Shown here: positions 38,620 through 51,757 of the stretch, one piece after another
Numbering within the stretch: the stretch's first letter is position 1
Layout: the number at the start of each line of letters is the position of its first letter
Position numbers and translations under genes: made by a program
Assembly (NCBI GenBank): GCA_965644295.1
Contig: CBFFRP010000615.1
Coordinates: 1 to 64,000, forward strand
Reading direction: 5' to 3'
Source of the DNA: Paraphysomonas bandaiensis
Lineage: Eukaryota > Protista > Chrysophyceae
Length of the DNA: 64,000 nucleotides
Notes under the pieces: model-generated
Told to the model about the DNA's origin: nothing
Databases searched by the model: none
The model's input: the letters and a program-made list of their open reading frames with translations, nothing else

Positions 38620-39670
38620 ACATCTTATAGATAGTTATAGCCGGACATGAATGAGTATTTTTGTGCATTGTGTTTCAGTAGTGAAGGTATATATGTGTGA
38701 TAACCCGTAATGCTGCGCTTTGTCGTCTAACACTTATGATTTCACAATGTAAAAGCTACTTACAATGTAATAACATTGGCCAACTACATATTGCATAGAG
38801 GTATAGCAATATTTCTGTGTGATTTAATTAGAATTAGAATACTTTTGCTTATAATTTTGGTCCACTAAAACTTAATCTTCATTTTATCTCCAAAATAAGA
38901 GTTTTTGGAATCAACAGAACGCTCATATTAATACCAGGTGAATATAGACTTATCCCTTTTTTTGACCTGATTTGGGCTCAACAGGGCGCTCATATCAGCA
39001 CCGGGCAAATATAGACATTCAACTTCAATATTCGGTTCAACAGAAGCTCACTTCTATCTTCATTATGATAATGACAGTCGAATGTACGTGATTTCATTAT
39101 AGTACACAATTATAGAGAAACCACAGCCATGAGCCAAATATCAAGAGCAGATCATCTAACTCCAAGTTATATTCCATCCTTCGACTGCTGTAGAAGATCA
39201 CAACGATGTCAGTGCAAGTGATCTGTCTTCATATCCAGGAATTCGAAACAACTTCAAGAATATTACAGGAGAGTTTAAGTACCATATCTGATGCTATATA
39301 GGTGGTTAGGAGCAGTGGCACCCAGTTCTTTCAGGGTTGGAGCCATATCGTGCTTCTCAGGATATTGTGTGTCTCATATCATACACACATCCTTCGATAA
39401 GGTGCACTTGCAGAGGTAAAGCCTGCTGTACTATATAAATGTGATGATGATGCTAATTAAGGCAATAACAAGCCTCTCTTTCATCTTCAACTGTTTACAT
39501 TTATTATCACACTTACAGTATACATATCATTCATTTGAAACTATATGAGTTCTCATTTGTGTTATTCATGTTAATCAAGGAACATCTATTTCTTAATACA
39601 GCAAGCATGCTACAAATAGCTATACAATCTAATAGTAACTTTTCAACGTCATGAGGATAAGCTACAATTT

Positions 39671-39782
39671 AACCTAGGGATAAGGAGTATCGTCCCTTGT
39701 CTAAATTTTAAAACTCGGGCTTTTCGCCCTCGTTTCAAAATTTTGAGCGCGGGACGATATAGCCTCCTTATTGCCCGTGGTT
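39671..39782. mobile_element. 112-bp hairpin MITE with CTCGGGCTTTTCGCCCTCG centre (Crypton-associated MITE-like)
   Basis: ATAAGGAG/CTCCTTAT, TATCGTCCC/GGGACGATA and GGGC/GCCC pair. The family assignment is from recalled motif similarity only. Confidence 0.55.
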
Positions 39783-40139
39783 ATATATAACCATTTAAAC
39801 AGAGACTCTCTTCTATCTTAATTATTCTGTTGACAGTCATGTGTATGTGATTACATTAAATTGCACGATTATAGGGAAAGCACAATGATGAAGCAGCTCT
39901 AGAAATCAGATCATCAAACAATCCCAGTTAACTTTTATCCTTCGTTTGATGTGGAAGATCATAATGATGTCAGTGCAAGCAATCCATATTCAGTCCTGAA
40001 TCTTAAACGCATAATAAAACATTCAATCTATTCATATAACCAGGTCTATGCAACAACTTGTATAAATATTTTAGGAGAGTTCAAATGCCATATCTGATGC
40101 TGAAGGAGATTCGAGGCAATGGCACCTACTTCTCTAATG

Positions 40140-40815
40140 CCCTCTCAACAAAGTCGGACTCGCACCATTTCATGGTGTTCTAGGGGATAAGTACCGGAGA
40201 TGTTTTTCCGGGAAACTAACGTTATTGAGTATTGACCATTTTCAGATGATTAAGATTGTTTCAAGAAAAGTTTAAGTTAGTCAAACTGGATAGATTACGT
40301 TATTATAATTATTGTATATACACAAAACACAACCGTTCTCATGTAATTATCAGATATTCGTATATACACAATTGTGTGTGTTGTCATGAAACACATGTCA
40401 ACAACATGATAAATTATTTCGTTCATGTTAACCACTGCTCAACTTCCTTATCTTGAATCGTCATGATATAATACTTCAGTTACACAGTTATAGCTATATA
40501 GCACCTTTGACAATTGACTACGTATTACTGTTTTTCACATTGTATTTAACGTATTCTACAGTACTATCTTAGAGAACCATACGTATTCCAACAAACGTGA
40601 GTCGCGTATATTATTATGTATTCAGCAGATATTGTTCTGCCCACTCATAGCCTAATGTTTGTGTGGTGCAAGGGACACTGATATAAGTGTCACTTGTATA
40701 GACGGCTTTAAGCCTTGACGAATAAACAGACATCCGGGAATGAGCCCACCTTAAGGGCGGTAGTGGGCCGTCTACTGCAGTCAACCATCCGGGCTATTCA
40801 CGGTGCTTGCGGTGA
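40140..40815 (+). mobile_element. Element R2 copy split in two (40140-40222, 40594-40815) by a solo LTR
   Basis: The first half ends GGGAAACTAACGT; the second resumes AACGTGAGTCGC and follows the R2 consensus. Confidence 0.8.
40223..40593. mobile_element. Solo LTR (371 bp) with 5-bp TSD AACGT
   Basis: Termini TATTG...CAACA (canonical TGTTG...CAACA with one change). AACGT occurs at 40218-40222 and 40594-40598, and the insert interrupts a known R2 consensus. Confidence 0.75.
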
Positions 40816-41696
40816 TATAGGACATACGAGGCAAAATGCATTTTGCCGACATCTGGGTTTTTAGCTGTATGCGTGATTAATACGGATCATATGAATCGTA
40901 CAAATCACGAGAAAGCAAATGTAATATTTCCACTTTCCTCCCTGAAACCAAGAGGCCGCCCTAATAATTTATATATATCTGCAGTGCCTTAAATAGATTA
41001 GCGATATGCTCCATTGAAGCTATGTATACATATATCGGATTATCTATATTTTCTACAATAGAAATAGAGTACAAATCTATACGAATACCATCTGTTTAAA
41101 ATGTGAACTTGAGATAGTTTTGTAGTCGGCTATGTAGATAAATACTTTGCGAGAAATGAACATATAAGGCATTACAAGCGACTATTTAAGATTATATAGT
41201 TGGAGATGATGAAGTGAATCAGTAAGAATTGTCCCATGTGTAAACATTGATATAAATCAATAACAAGTGTGAGTGTGGAAACACTTTAACGTTGATGGAA
41301 CTAGTAATGTAGTAAATCATGATACAAATTCGTAATCATACATGGCGGTAATTATACTCATATTTTTCCCCATAAAAGCAATGAGCACAATAGAAGTCAT
41401 TTCCAGAAAAAGAATGTAATACCATACATAACCGAGACTCAATAACGCATCATATACAATCCACCCATACAAAGAACCTGCCTGAAACGATACACTACGC
41501 CAAGAATTAATTACAAACAATACATGAAGACGATAGGCTATAATGATGGTGCAATCTACAGTTTCCACCCCATCAATTTGTTGACCGACGAAGGTATTGA
41601 TCGTGATGTACGTCCCCATGGGCATAAAAGGCACCGAATAGCACAGCGGAAATGAAAGAAAACAATCTAGAAAAGTAATACGAGGGCTCTAGTCTA

Positions 41697-44600
41697 CTAG
41701 CAATATAACCCTCCATACAGCTCTATTCCAGAACAATATAAATGACAAGTTCCCCGCGCGTTTTGGTGCTTTTGCACCAGTTTAAATTCTCTGTACATTC
41801 CATCATCTTCTCGGCTATCTTTTCGTGAAGGGAGAGGCGTAATCAAAAAAAGGCCCTCGACAAAAGCATTATCATATTGATGAGAAGAGTCATCCAGTGG
41901 AACTAACGGGCCAGGATGGGCATGAAGGAGAACCCATGGGAAATCCCCTGACGATCTTCCTAACAGCTCCCAATCACATATAGTGTTGGCCTAGAAAATG
42001 CAGTGGGTTAATGTAGCCACAGAATGACGATTATACATAATATTGAAATCTACAGCATTGAATGACTAGATATTGCATTATATCATCCAGTCGTGCCGCG
42101 AGTGTACCTGCGACGAACGAATGGCATATCCAGAGAGTCGTAGTGCTCGACCTTCTCCAATATCTATGCTTACCCACTGACCAGCAGACCCCCCCCCTGC
42201 GATATACATTCACACAATAGTCGTCGTATATCACACCACACTATCTTACATCCAATACCATACTATACTTCTTAAGGTTCAGGTATATAAAATATCACTT
42301 TCAAAGATGCACACTTCAACATGTCCTTACTTCACTACCTGTTGCATTATATCCATTAGATCCAACCGAGTAGTCTACGATTCGTGATGGATCCGATAAT
42401 TTAGCATTTACTATGGAGCTCATACTAGCTCTAACAGCTCCACGACAATGAGGATTAGAGTATGCGCGAGTTCCTCCCTCAGTGCTGATGACATATAGGA
42501 CTCCAGTTGAGTGGAAGGGAGCGAGTGGAGGCTCAGGAGGGGGGCAAGATATGAGACGAGGTCCAGGAGTGCGAATTACACATGACGCAGACCATGCGCT
42601 AGCTACACCTATATCACCCACATCAACTACTTGGAACATAGATACATGTATCACGTGCATATTCACATATATACGTACATGAATGCATACCTACCATGTT
42701 TATTAACGGCCTGTACACGAAATCTGAGTAATTTCCTGCTAAGGGTAGCCATACTGGACAGCAGGCTAAAACAATGTGAAGGAACGGCTGCTGATTGGTC
42801 TGTGTTGGAGACACCCTTCTCTCCATGGGGAAAAGTAACAGGAGTAGTCCCTTCACTGAGCCCTTGTGATCTGCTGACAGATCCCACCCACCCTACTCTT
42901 TCATTGAATTTTTCCGAAATTTCCTGTGCTTCAGTTTCCCCTTGATCAGATAGTGTTTGGGATCTGTCCACGATGACTTGACCAATGGTTTCAAAGCACA
43001 TAACCCCATCCTGGCTTCCAACACTTGGAATATTCTGAGTAGAGCTCGCCCCATCATCACTACGCTTCCCCAAATTATTCGGAATAACAGGTTCATTGAG
43101 GTCGCAGACAGAGCGCTGTACAACATATCGAACAATATCTGAACAGTCTTCCTCGGGCTGTCTCCATGATACTATTACACACATGGTATCCTTATCATCA
43201 TCTTTATTTTTAGCCTTGGGTCTCTTGGAAGGTATCGTGGACGGTGCGTCTCTGTTTCTTTGGCGCTCAAGGGATGACAGCCCACAGAAAACATCAGTCG
43301 GGGCACAAGGCGATCCTACATGCCCATACGATTCGATGGCCAAAAGTAGACCGTCGGATAGAATCACAGGCACTTCAAGAGGAGGTGAACAGCTTGGAGG
43401 TAGGGGTGACAGTAACAACGCTTCTAAGGAAGAAAAGACGGAGGGGTATTGCATGCACAACTCATTGTTGCTAAGCAAGGACAAGGTCTCTGCCGATGAC
43501 AGTATTCTCCGAGCCTAATACACACCTGAATGTCAGCACATATTCACATTCACGTAAAGACACACATTTAACACAGATACTCGCTTGTTGTGCTTGGTTC
43601 ATAATACCTGATTGGCCATATCTACTAAACGCTGTTGGTAACACATTTGAGTGGAAACTCTTGAGAGCTCATCTTCCTCAATTGACAACATCAGTTGCTC
43701 TTCTCTTCTGTCCAAGGCCTCCCGTAGTGCAACGAATCGACTCTGTACCAGCTTCTTAGCAGCATAAGAAGGGTCCCTTGTAGGCAATGAGGTTACTGAT
43801 AGAGCTGAATCCACTGCCAACAAAAGACTTTCAGCTTGCTGAAGTAAACTTTTCGAGCGCTGCAACATTAGTCATCAGGAGTGCAGTAAACATCAAGTTG
43901 ACTTCACAGGTACACATTGCCATATGACGCTGTATGCACTGTATATATGCCACATATCTGTATAAAGCATTGAGCGCACACCTCTCGCAATGATGTGGCC
44001 ACATGCATCACTAACTCCACCCTATGGCCAGAATGTTCCCCCAGAGTTGCACATTCTCTGCAGATAAGAACGAAGCAATCTCTGCATATGAGTTTCGACA
44101 TTTCCCCTGGATGTTCGGTACATAATACCTGCCCAAGCAAATTGAGTGAGTTTAGCTGAATCAGACTCCATACCTCCTCGTTGATTGGTATACCAGCCTT
44201 CTCGGTCGCATGAGATTCCGAAGATCCCTTGTAGGCTCGATAGTGTTTATCCATGACTTCACTCTTATGTATAGCGGAATCACATAACGAGCACATCGAT
44301 GCCACACAATTAACACAGTACACTTGTGCCTCCCGCGACACACACACCTGTCATGATCATGCTATAAATCTCTAATTATAGCGTAACAGATGCTAGCTAA
44401 AAGTAACACAACTACCCACCTGGCAGTCCCCCCCACGATTTCCCAGTCCCTGTCTCTGCTCCGTTTGCTCCCCATCTCTGTCTCTATGTCGGTTGGCCTC
44501 TATAACGTGAATCATCTCATAGTTTTTTACAAGAGGAGCGGGAGAATGAGTGAAGCAAGACGGACATCGCACATGTTTCCTAGAGGGAGACACAGTGGAG

Positions 44601-45000
44601 CTGCAAGGCTCAGCCAGACGGTCACTGCATGAGAGGCATATCGAATGACCGCATAGGAAGAGGACGGGAGTATATCTACAGCAGGTAATCAAAGTCACGA
44701 AATAGATACCTATACACCAACACACAAATATACTCATCAACTCTCTCATTACACAACACCATACACTCAATACTAACGCACATTGATAACAATATACCAT
44801 AAAACCATTCCACACTACATACACACAGGACACTGTATACAGTCTAGGGTGGCACATATATGGTATGCTCCTATATACGGGGTGGTGTTCTACCTTCCAT
44901 CTGGTTTGTAGGGGGAATAACAAACGAGACAATCTCCCCCTCGAAAGGGCATTGAGTGGGAACCACTACCGGATCCTCTGCTCTCGGATTCATCAGTCAT
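41697..45000 (-). CDS. TRIM-like E3 ligase: RING - B-box - B-box - coiled coil - FN3 - galactose-binding-like (F5/8-type) domain; multi-exon
   Basis: Spliced RING CLVC..CGHSICLSC..CPSC; B-boxes CQVC..CVNC..CSLCDSAIH and CTEH..CRDC..CRECATLGEHSGH; coiled coil VQSRFVALREALDRREEQL; FN3 IVSWRQP..RFRVQAVNKH; C-terminal GVLYVI..SNPH..WVSIDIG..WELLG..SGIELYG. ATG at 45000, TAG ends at 41697. Confidence 0.88.
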
Positions 45001-45065
45001 CGGTGGAGGTTCGAGAAGTAATTGATGCGACCGACAGAAGCAATGACAATATAGCAATATCCTAG

Positions 45066-45096
<31 letters not shown>

Positions 45097-46677
45097 TGTA
45101 TGTATGTATGTATGTATGTATGTATGTATGTATGTATGTATGTATGTATGTATGTATGTATGTATGTATGTATGTATGTATGTATGTATGTATGTATGTA
45201 TGTATGTATGTATGTATGTATGTATGTATGTATGTATGTATGTATGTATGTATGTATGTATGTATGTATGTATGTATGTATGTATGTATGTATGTATGTA
45301 TGTATGTATGTATGTATGTATGTATGTATGTATGTATGTATGTATGTATGTATGTATGTATGTATGTATGTATGTATGTATGTATGTATGTATGTATGTA
45401 TGTATGTATGTATGTATGTATGTATGTATGTATGTATGTATGTATGTATGTATGTATGTATGTATGTATGTATGTATGTATGTATGTATGTATGTATGTA
45501 TGTATGTATGTATGTATGTATGTATGTATGTATGTATGTATGTATGTATGTATGTATGTATGTATGTATGTATGTATGTATGTATGTATGTATGTATGTA
45601 TGTATGTATGTATGTATGTATGTATGTATGTATGTATGTATGTATGTATGTATGTATGTATGTATGTATGTATGTATGTATGTATGTATGTATGTATGTA
45701 TGTATGTATGTATGTATGTATGTATGTATGTATGTATGTATGTATGTATGTATGTATGTATGTATGTATGTATGTGTATGTATGTATGTATGTATGTATG
45801 TATGTATGTATGTATGTATGTATGTATGTATGTATGTATGTATGTATGTATGTATGTATGTATGTATGTATGTATGTATGTATGTATGTATGTATGTATG
45901 TATGTATGTATGTATGTATGTATGTATGTATGTATGTATGTATGTATGTATGTATGTATGTATGTATGTATGTATGTATGTATGTATGTATGTATGTATG
46001 TATGTATGTATGTATGTATGTATGTATGTATGTATGTATGTATGTATGTATGTATGTATGTATGTATGTATGTATGTATGTATGTATGTATGTATGTATG
46101 TATGTATGTATGTATGTATGTATGTATGTATGTATGTATGTATGTATGTATGTATGTATGTATGTATGTATGTATGTATGTATGTATGTATGTATGTATG
46201 TATGTATGTATGTATGTATGTATGTATGTATGTATGTATGTATGTATGTATGTATGTATGTATGTATGTATGTATGTATGTATGTATGTATGTATGTATG
46301 TATGTATGTATGTATGTATGTATGTATGTATGTATGTATGTATGTATGTATGTATGTATGTATGTATGTATGTATGTATGTATGTATGTATGTATGTATG
46401 TATGTATGTATGTATGTATGTATGTATGTATGTATGTATGTATGTATGTATGTATGTATGTATGTATGTATGTATGTATGTATGTATGTATGTATGTATG
46501 TATGTATGTATGTATGTATGTATGTATGTATGTATGTATGTATGTATGTATGTATGTATGTATGTGTGTATGTATGTATGTATGTATGTATGTATGTATG
46601 TATGTATGTATGTATGTATGTATGTATGTATGTATGTATGTATGTATGTATGTATGTATGTATGTATGTATGTATGT
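45066..46677. repeat. (TATG)n microsatellite, ~1.6 kb (~400 units), between divergent TRIM-like and EngB genes
   Basis: Direct reading. Only two interruptions seen (~45775 and ~46565). Confidence 0.99.
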
Positions 46678-46739
46678 GGTTCATTATATTTATATAGCTC
46701 ATCGACCCATCCATACATTCATATCCGCCTGTCATAATC

Positions 46740-48543
46740 ATGCCACTCCGTTTACGTTTGTATCTCTCTCTTCCCTCTATACCATCACGATGTATGTCTA
46801 ATAAGAGATCACTGAGGAGGGGTCAGTTAACGGATGACATGGAGGCTCTGCTGCGTGCGGGGGGTCGAGCCAATCGAGAGAGATCAGACAGTGTGACTCC
46901 TCAAATGCTTCAGGAGAGAATCAACCATAAGAAATTAATTGAAGCATATAGAGTAAACTCTTCTTTAGCAGTGTCCCTTAAAGATATGGGCTTTGGGTCC
47001 AAGAGACGTGTCCATCAAGTGTACAACAAGATCCCTTTAACGGCTGACAATTTCTATAGTAAGACTGCGCCAAAGACACCGACTGGAGCGGGAGGGCACG
47101 GGATGCTCTTGGCATCGGCTACGAAGCACTGGCCGGTGTTTCCTCATATGCTTCCTGAGGTTGCCTTTGCAGGCCACTCTAATAGCGGCAAGGTGCTCCC
47201 TTGCATCCTATTGCATTGCTGTGTTGTATTGTCATGCTATATACTGTAGTATTGTTGTATGTATCTTTATAATCGGGTTGGGATATATGTGCAGAGTACT
47301 CTGGTAAATGCGATGGTTGGAGTCAGTCCAAAGTCCGGTCCGGCTGGAGTGAGCGAGAGGGCGGGATGGACGGATAAGCTGTGTTTCTTTCAGGTCGCTC
47401 TGTTAATTATTCAAACCTCTGTATTTAATATTGTCGACATATTTTTAGCTGGGACGTAAGCCCCCCGTGGTGACCCTAGTGGATCTGCCCGGGTATGGAC
47501 ACGCAGTGGCCCCCCAGTCCATGCTTAATGCGTGGTCAAAGATGACCAAAAACTACCTCTCATCGAGATTAATATTGTCAAGGTATGACTTTTAGTACGA
47601 ATCGTTGTGTATATATGGGTGCGGTACGAATGCAGCGTATGAGTATGTGCGTTTAGTCTACAAGTATAAGAGTCTTATAGTAGCATACGGCATAGTGTGT
47701 ATATTGACAGTTGCCTATCAGGTGCTACGTTCTCGTGGATTGTCAGCGGGGTCTATGTAGGGCAGATAAGAATATCCTCAGATTCATGCAAAAGGTTACC
47801 CTTTTTATTTCTGTTCCATATTTTTTAACTTTTGATGTCTAACAGAACAAAGTCCCATGGAAGGTAAGATACAGTATAACCTTTTGTAGAAAATTACAGT
47901 GTATTCAGTGTGTGTTGTTATCGACATAATTGTGTGCATGGCTGAATCATGTAAAGATATGAATTTGTAGATCATTCTCACTAAATGTGATTTACTGCCG
48001 GCTGAAGAGGTTGCAGCTTCAATGAGTATCGTATATAATGAAGCAATGAATATTCGTTCTCCCTCGGCGGCGCGTGTCCATAAAAAGATGGAAAAGAAGG
48101 CAATGAATGACGAAATATCTAGCGACGAAGACAGTGACTCTGAGGCATCGTTGGACGAAGCTTCTGAAGAAGGTGACCCACTTTTGGATATAACAGATGT
48201 CGCGGCTGTGAGGCATGTTGTAATACCTGTGGCTGCCAGTACTGGAGCAGGTGTATCTGGCCTATGGGCAGACATAAAGTCATGTGTGCGGGCTGTGACC
48301 AACACTAACACACATCATGATAGTGGTACGGATACTCCAAGGAGCTCTTCAGATGATAGCCAAGGGCCGTTTGTGTATATGAAAGGACCTGGCTCGGAGA
48401 AGTCGCAGCAAAGCCCAGTACAGGATATGATGGTGAGAGAGCACCCCTTGGCGAACGCGCAAAGAAGGCGCTTGGCCTCTGCCAATAAAGAGCTACGTGC
48501 AAGTTCCTCGTTTACTATAGTTAAACAGAAATCCCCTCGATAG
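46740..48543 (+). CDS. engB: EngB/YihA/YsxC-family GTPase, probably organelle-targeted; multi-exon
   Basis: PEVAFAGHSNSGK|STLVNAM (G1), AGWT (G2), LVDLPGYG (G3), ILTKCD (G4), VAASTGAGVSGL (G5). Arg/Ser/Leu-rich N-terminus. Confidence 0.9.
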
Positions 48544-48989
48544 ATGGATTCCGCTTTCTAGGGGGTAGTGCAATAGAATAGATTGTTGATAGTATTTGTG
48601 GATAAATTAAGGCTATATACATTTTTCGATACGTCAGAATCTACGGGTGGAATACTGTGCTAGGATTCATTCAGTGGATAGTACTGAGTCAAAGGTTGTG
48701 CTGAGTTGTAGATGCTCGCAATAAACATGTTGTCTCACTGGTAGAAGTCTGAACAAGAAGAACGAAACATTACGCTACGATATCGTGAGAATGACATGGG
48801 TGTTGAATTTTGCTGTTTGTGAGCAAATTAAAAAACTGTAGTTTCTAAGATATTTGAATTATAACCGTTACTCAAAGAACACAGTTGTAGCTGACCGTAT
48901 TATTGAGAACCAATGATATGATAGCTATTGCTGTACTGAAACTGAAATATATTGACTGTACAAGATAGTGACTGCGTAAGAGCGTACTA

Positions 48990-49762
48990 GAAATGGTAGG
49001 TGTAGTAGAGATAATGAGATACTCTAGAATCTCTAAGTCTACTTCATTCAGACCAAAAGCAATGCCTATAGCTCTTATCTGCTCTTCACTAGCACTGGCT
49101 ATTGAAGGATCAAGGATCAACTCCTCCTAACATTAATCTTTGGGTCGTTCTTACTGACTCCAAAATAGAAGGCTCTTGTACTCTATCCAGTACCTCCTCA
49201 ACCATATAGTAATCAACGATAGAAAAGTAAATAAATAACATGAATATGTCTACAACTACAATACTATCTACAAGAAACTACCAGAGAAAAGAAATTGTAT
49301 CTTATTTTCAATGATTCATATGTATCTATCTACGATTCCGTGATCAATGGAATGAACATTATTCATATTCAATACCAAACACATCAGTCTAACACAGTTG
49401 ATCATGATAACTCATTATCACTGTATAAGGGAAGATACATTCAGTATTTTCATTGTAGTTGAAACCTTGTATACATACTTGCAAGCACAATCAATCCTCA
49501 ATAAGCAATGAAAGAAATACGTAAAGTATAACTGTCTTATGGATAATCTGGCAATACACGTCTATTATCAGCGTGGATATCAAACCCGGAATTCCCCAGT
49601 AAACTTCTCCAGCCTTAAGCATCAATATATATATAATAAGATCATATACATATATATCATATATATATATCATCAATCGTTATCTTCATCATTATGTTTC
49701 ATTATTGATAATCCTGTCTTTCTTTGTCTTTTGAATGTGGTTATATATAAGTATCAATGATA
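48990..49762 (-). mobile_element. Dispersed repeat family R1, copy 2
   Basis: Reverse complement of 481-~1200; the left boundary is approximate. Confidence 0.7.
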
Positions 49763-49771
49763 AGCGGGAAT

Positions 49772-50288
49772 TGTCATATATTGTCATAATATATCATCTA
49801 TCTTACTGTGAAATATGGCAATAATAATATTCAACCTATGTTGTACAGATAGTATGTACAAACTTAAGCATATAATATACAATAGAGAGCTTATATATAG
49901 CGTAGAGAATAACCTGATAACTGGTTATTACGATAAATCGAGTTGGTGAATGACAATGAATGATGAATGATATCTCTTATAAAATATAATATAATTTTCT
50001 GCTTGAAGTGTTTATCTAAGCTTTTTGTTACTAAAAGTTCAACTACTATTTATGTCGTTATCTAACATGGTAGCAGATGGAGGTTCGGATTGGAAGCAAC
50101 TTCTTAATTTTGACCAGCTTAGTGAAATCAACTGGTCAAAGAAGCTGAGAGTATGGCTGATGAGGAAGAACCGAGGAGCGCCCAGTGAGACCAGCAGCCA
50201 ATATGCGCCGGTAGCTGTTCGAAATAAGTATAAAGAGGATCTGGACAAGTGGCTGGACACATGCATCAGCTCGATATTCGAAGCACTG
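49772..50288 (+). mobile_element. Possible Copia-type LTR retrotransposon remnant (LTR, PBS-like site, gag start)
   Basis: TGTCA start, ...GATAAC followed by TGGTTAT (primer-binding-site-like). The ORF NWSKKLRVWLMRK..DLDKW..CISSIFEAL resembles a gag N-terminus. Confidence 0.4.
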
Positions 50289-50494
50289 CAACCAATATAT
50301 TGCAATACTACTGTAAGAAGGTAGCGTTCCATCAACAATAGTGCAGTACTCTCTTAACCGACCCAACAATATTATTGAATATCACAGTATATTGGTTATT
50401 GGTTCCTAACCCTGCTACTTCCATAAAAATAATCAGTGGTAAGTACCATTATCCAGTAATGTCCATGAGAAACAGAAGTTTGTGACAATTAAAG

Positions 50495-51259
50495 CAGGGC
50501 TAGGAAACAATATATTGAGTTGCAATACATTATATACAATATATTGCAATATATTGTAAAATATATTGATTGGTCGACCGGCCAAAAATCCCATCAATAT
50601 TGTTTCTGTTAAAGTAGCTCACAATATATTGCAATCAATATATTATGATAGTCATAAAAGTGAAGATTCTCAACTGTAGGGTGCAAAAATGGATATAAAT
50701 AACCGAGAAATTGATTACAACATTACAGAGGATGATGAAGCTGATGTTGACTATGCAACTAAAAATCTTCAGTCAGCTCAAAAAATTAAGAAACGTACAC
50801 GTTCACGAGTCATTAACGGTTACCAGGCCGTGGTATGTACTTCCAATACATGGGAACGTCTGTTTAGCGCAGCTAAACATATTATATCAGTGTTGCGCAG
50901 AAGTATCCATCCTACTTAATATGCTGTTGTTTCTGAAAGCTATATTATGGCCGGATACTAGCATATTTCAATTAATTCTGTGGATGAATATGTTGATGTT
51001 GACGTCACCGATGATGGCTCACAGGATGAGGATTTTTAGTCGGTATAAGCAGCAGTTGGTTTGGTTGTCATGTGATCTCAATACCTAATACTAAAAATGG
51101 AATCTACGGATGTGTTTGCTTACTGATTAGTCATCATATATTGCAATACATTGACAATATATTGTAATTGTATTGTTGGGCCTGTTTAAAATCTCCATCA
51201 ATACTATTGATGGAACGCTCTCTAACAATAGTATTGCAATATATTGTTTCCTAGCCCTG
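50495..51259 (+). mobile_element. Non-autonomous hAT transposon (765 bp) retaining a transposase C-terminal dimerization-domain fragment
   Basis: Perfect 23-bp TIR CAGGGCTAGGAAACAATATATTG; 8-bp TSD AATTAAAG/GATTAAAG (7/8); CAATATATTG subterminal repeats; peptide TSNTWERLFSAAKHII..RRSIHP..MLLFLK. A related orphan right end lies at ~50289-50414. Confidence 0.92.
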
Positions 51260-51757
51260 GATTAAAGATACAGAAAGGCTGTAGCAAGAATATAATAAAC
51301 TGATTAAGTAATAAGTTTGATAGTTAAACACAAGCGTGCTTTTCACTTCTGTAACAACTCCCTATTCAAGCGACTCAACAGATTTTACCCATCGAGGTAA
51401 GAAACAGGCAGAACTCAAGATTCTAGTTATTAATCTGATTCATAATTCGACAGAATTCATGTGTGGTAGTATCGTAGGCGAGAAATACCTCTATTTACAA
51501 CCCTTTACTCGAACTTTTTTTTATCAGAATGGAAAAAAGTAAACAGTAACTACACCACGTACAATAGCAATTATATAATCCGGGAAGGATTCCAACGTAG
51601 CTCAGAGTAAGGCATCCAGCGATTGCATTGAGCAGTCGGGTAGATACATCACGAGGCCCATAAAATCAAACTGCTTTAGCAACTGCTACATAATATATTC
51701 ATCAATACGTACAATGTTATCGACATAGCATATTAATATACAGACACACTGTCTAAA

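Noticed and set aside
44997-46801. YIHT and MYVC repeat ORFs (also at 6816-7586)
   Set aside because: Translations of (CATA/TATG)n microsatellites.
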